From: Verrucomicrobiota bacterium
GTDB taxonomy: Bacteria > Verrucomicrobiota > Verrucomicrobiia > Limisphaerales > CANJSG01
Direction of reading: 5' to 3'
Assembly: GCA_038209745.1 (NCBI GenBank)
Contig: JBBQXJ010000064.1
Span: forward strand, 1 to 27,088
Length of the DNA stretch: 27,088 nucleotides
Shown one piece after another: positions 26,072 through 27,088 of this stretch. The translations under genes were made by a program, and so were the position numbers. Each line of letters opens with the position of its first letter. Within the stretch, counting starts at the first letter, position 1. A model generated the notes under the pieces. It did not search any database, was not told where the DNA came from, and worked only from the letters and a program-made list of their open reading frames with translations.

Positions 26072-26375
26072 GATCCGCTCTCCTCGCTCTTTCCGCCAAG
26101 CAGCGCGGGCTACGTCCAGCCTGTCGTGAAAATAAAACTGGGAGCGCGTTCCAACGACTGGCCTGACGAGACAAAGACCCTTCAATCCGACGTGGTCGAG
26201 CATTTCCAAGTCCCCGATTCCGAGGAGGCATTTCCGGTGCCAGTCTTCTGGGCCGAATGCACGATTTTTTTGAAAAAGTCCTCCCCGCAGCACGAGGTAA
26301 AATTCCGTCCTCCAGACAAACCCCCGAAAGCTCCGGATGGCTCGGTATAATGTCGTGTAGATTGATCTACAATAA
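26072..26375 (+). pseudogene. Internal fragment of an AbiEii/AbiGii-family nucleotidyltransferase toxin gene, frameshifted
   Basis: GYVQPVVKIKLGARSNDWP...AECTIFLKK...HEVKFRPPDKP, continuing after a +1 shift at the C-run 26321-26325 as PRKLRMARYNVV*. This resembles the AbiEii pattern YxxPxVKIElGARSxxWP...AERTFWEK..LHE..RP.DKP...MARHYYD as recalled. No N-terminus is present. Confidence 0.6.
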
Positions 26376-26399
26376 TGTCTGGACGGGGGATGAAGCGAT

Positions 26400-26935
26400 G
26401 TCCGGCAAGCGGGAAAACGCGGCCTTACCGCTGGCCTTACGTCGGAGGACAACGTCCACCACGCCTACGCGGTGTTTCACAGTCCCGCTTCCGGAGCCGC
26501 TACGCGAAGTTTCTGCAGATCGTTTTCCTGCGCCTGCCATTGACCAGGAACTTGAAACTGTTCCGCGGGCTGCCCCGGCTCGGCGGCGAGGATACCTTCT
26601 TCATCTTCCGTCCCTGCACGCCGCACACGTTCTCACCGACGGATCCAACCGCTCTAAATGGCGGCCACCTGAGCAGCAACGGTGGACGGCTTATATGGCA
26701 CAGGCGCCAAGGGAGCGTGGTAGAAGGGGCCTTGGACCCCGGTCGAGAGTCAAGAACCCGGCAGTCATGATCGCTATCGGAGATGGAAATACCGGACGAT
26801 TCTACGACGCCGAGATTTCTTTCCCGATGGTCATTCCCCCAACGGATCGTGGTCTACCGTCCATTGGACCGGCCTCGTCGAGGCGCCAACATCCTCTTTT
26901 GTGACCGGCCTGTAGAATGGGCACGGCGGGAGCCG
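26400..26935 (+). pseudogene. Degraded prepilin-like / H-X9-DG-CTERM (DUF1559-type) gene remnant
   Basis: Family-like fragments are spread over different frames: EDNVHHAY, NLKLFR/CP (from 26549), SRVKNPAVMIAIGDG (26743-26787) and GANILFCDRPVEW (26882-26920; cf. GANILFCDGHVE). Confidence 0.55.
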
Positions 26936-26951
26936 AGGGACGCCCGCGAAG

Positions 26952-27088
26952 CATCGGCGTCCGAAGGCGGGTGTCATGATGCGGCGTAGAGGGAGGCGAG
27001 GCGTGGCACGGCGAGGGCTTCCGTGAGCCGGTCGCGCAGGGCGTGGCGGAGCCAGCGGAGGAACTTCACGCTGCGCTGGGTGGCCCGC
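26952..27088 (-). mobile_element. Probable right end of an insertion sequence (IS4-like), truncated by the window edge
   Basis: A transposase-like C-terminus ends at 26974, followed about 10 nt later by a candidate terminal IR reading 5'-CATCGGCGTCCG from 26952 on the + strand. The second IR is not in the window. Confidence 0.5.
26974..27087 (-). CDS. C-terminal 37 aa of a probable transposase (partial)
   Basis: Minus-strand frame RATQRSVKFLRWLRHALRDRLTEALAVPRLASLYAAS* with strongly GC3-biased codons. It resembles C-termini of IS4-family transposases recalled from Verrucomicrobia; not verified by search. Confidence 0.5.
   Translation of the reverse strand, partial: RATQRSVKFLRWLRHALRDRLTEALAVPRLASLYAAS

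Noticed and set aside
25943..26904. Track ORFs 25943-26350 and 26257-26904 as intact genes
   Set aside because: Each carries only part of a family motif set and the homology switches frame, so they are better explained as pseudogene fragments.
1..27088. CRISPR array, tRNA or rRNA genes
   Set aside because: No regularly spaced direct repeats or structural RNA signatures were seen in any intergenic region by eye.

Overview
GC-rich bacterial chromosomal segment. Gene content and protein style suggest Verrucomicrobiota (Pedosphaera/Limisphaerales-like); this is an inference, not a database result. The left and middle parts hold housekeeping and signalling genes: the 3' part of gltX, a GT2 glycosyltransferase, a CHASE2-Ser/Thr kinase, YraN, a SuhB-like IMPase, a PA0069-type radical SAM protein, pgi, a 1095-aa ECF sigma factor fused to a membrane anchor and repeat domains, a CobA-HemD fusion, a ThuA-like protein, an orphan ABC ATPase and a secreted hypothetical protein. 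The highlight is a minus-strand, tightly coupled UBact-proteasome operon (20872->17394). It comprises a 57-aa UBact tag ending RYRQRTGQ that is missing from the supplied ORF track, 20S proteasome beta and alpha subunits, a PafA/Dop-family enzyme, and a thioredoxin-like [2Fe-2S] ferredoxin abutting or overlapping the ligase stop. The ARC/Mpa ATPase and a separate Dop gene are not in the window, although the tag ends in Gln. To the right is an accessory-looking block: a GH127 enzyme, a GH39-like/SGNH-esterase fusion, frameshifted remnants of an AbiEii-type toxin and an H-X9-DG prepilin-like gene, and the probable end of an IS at the window edge. No rRNA, tRNA or CRISPR array was seen.
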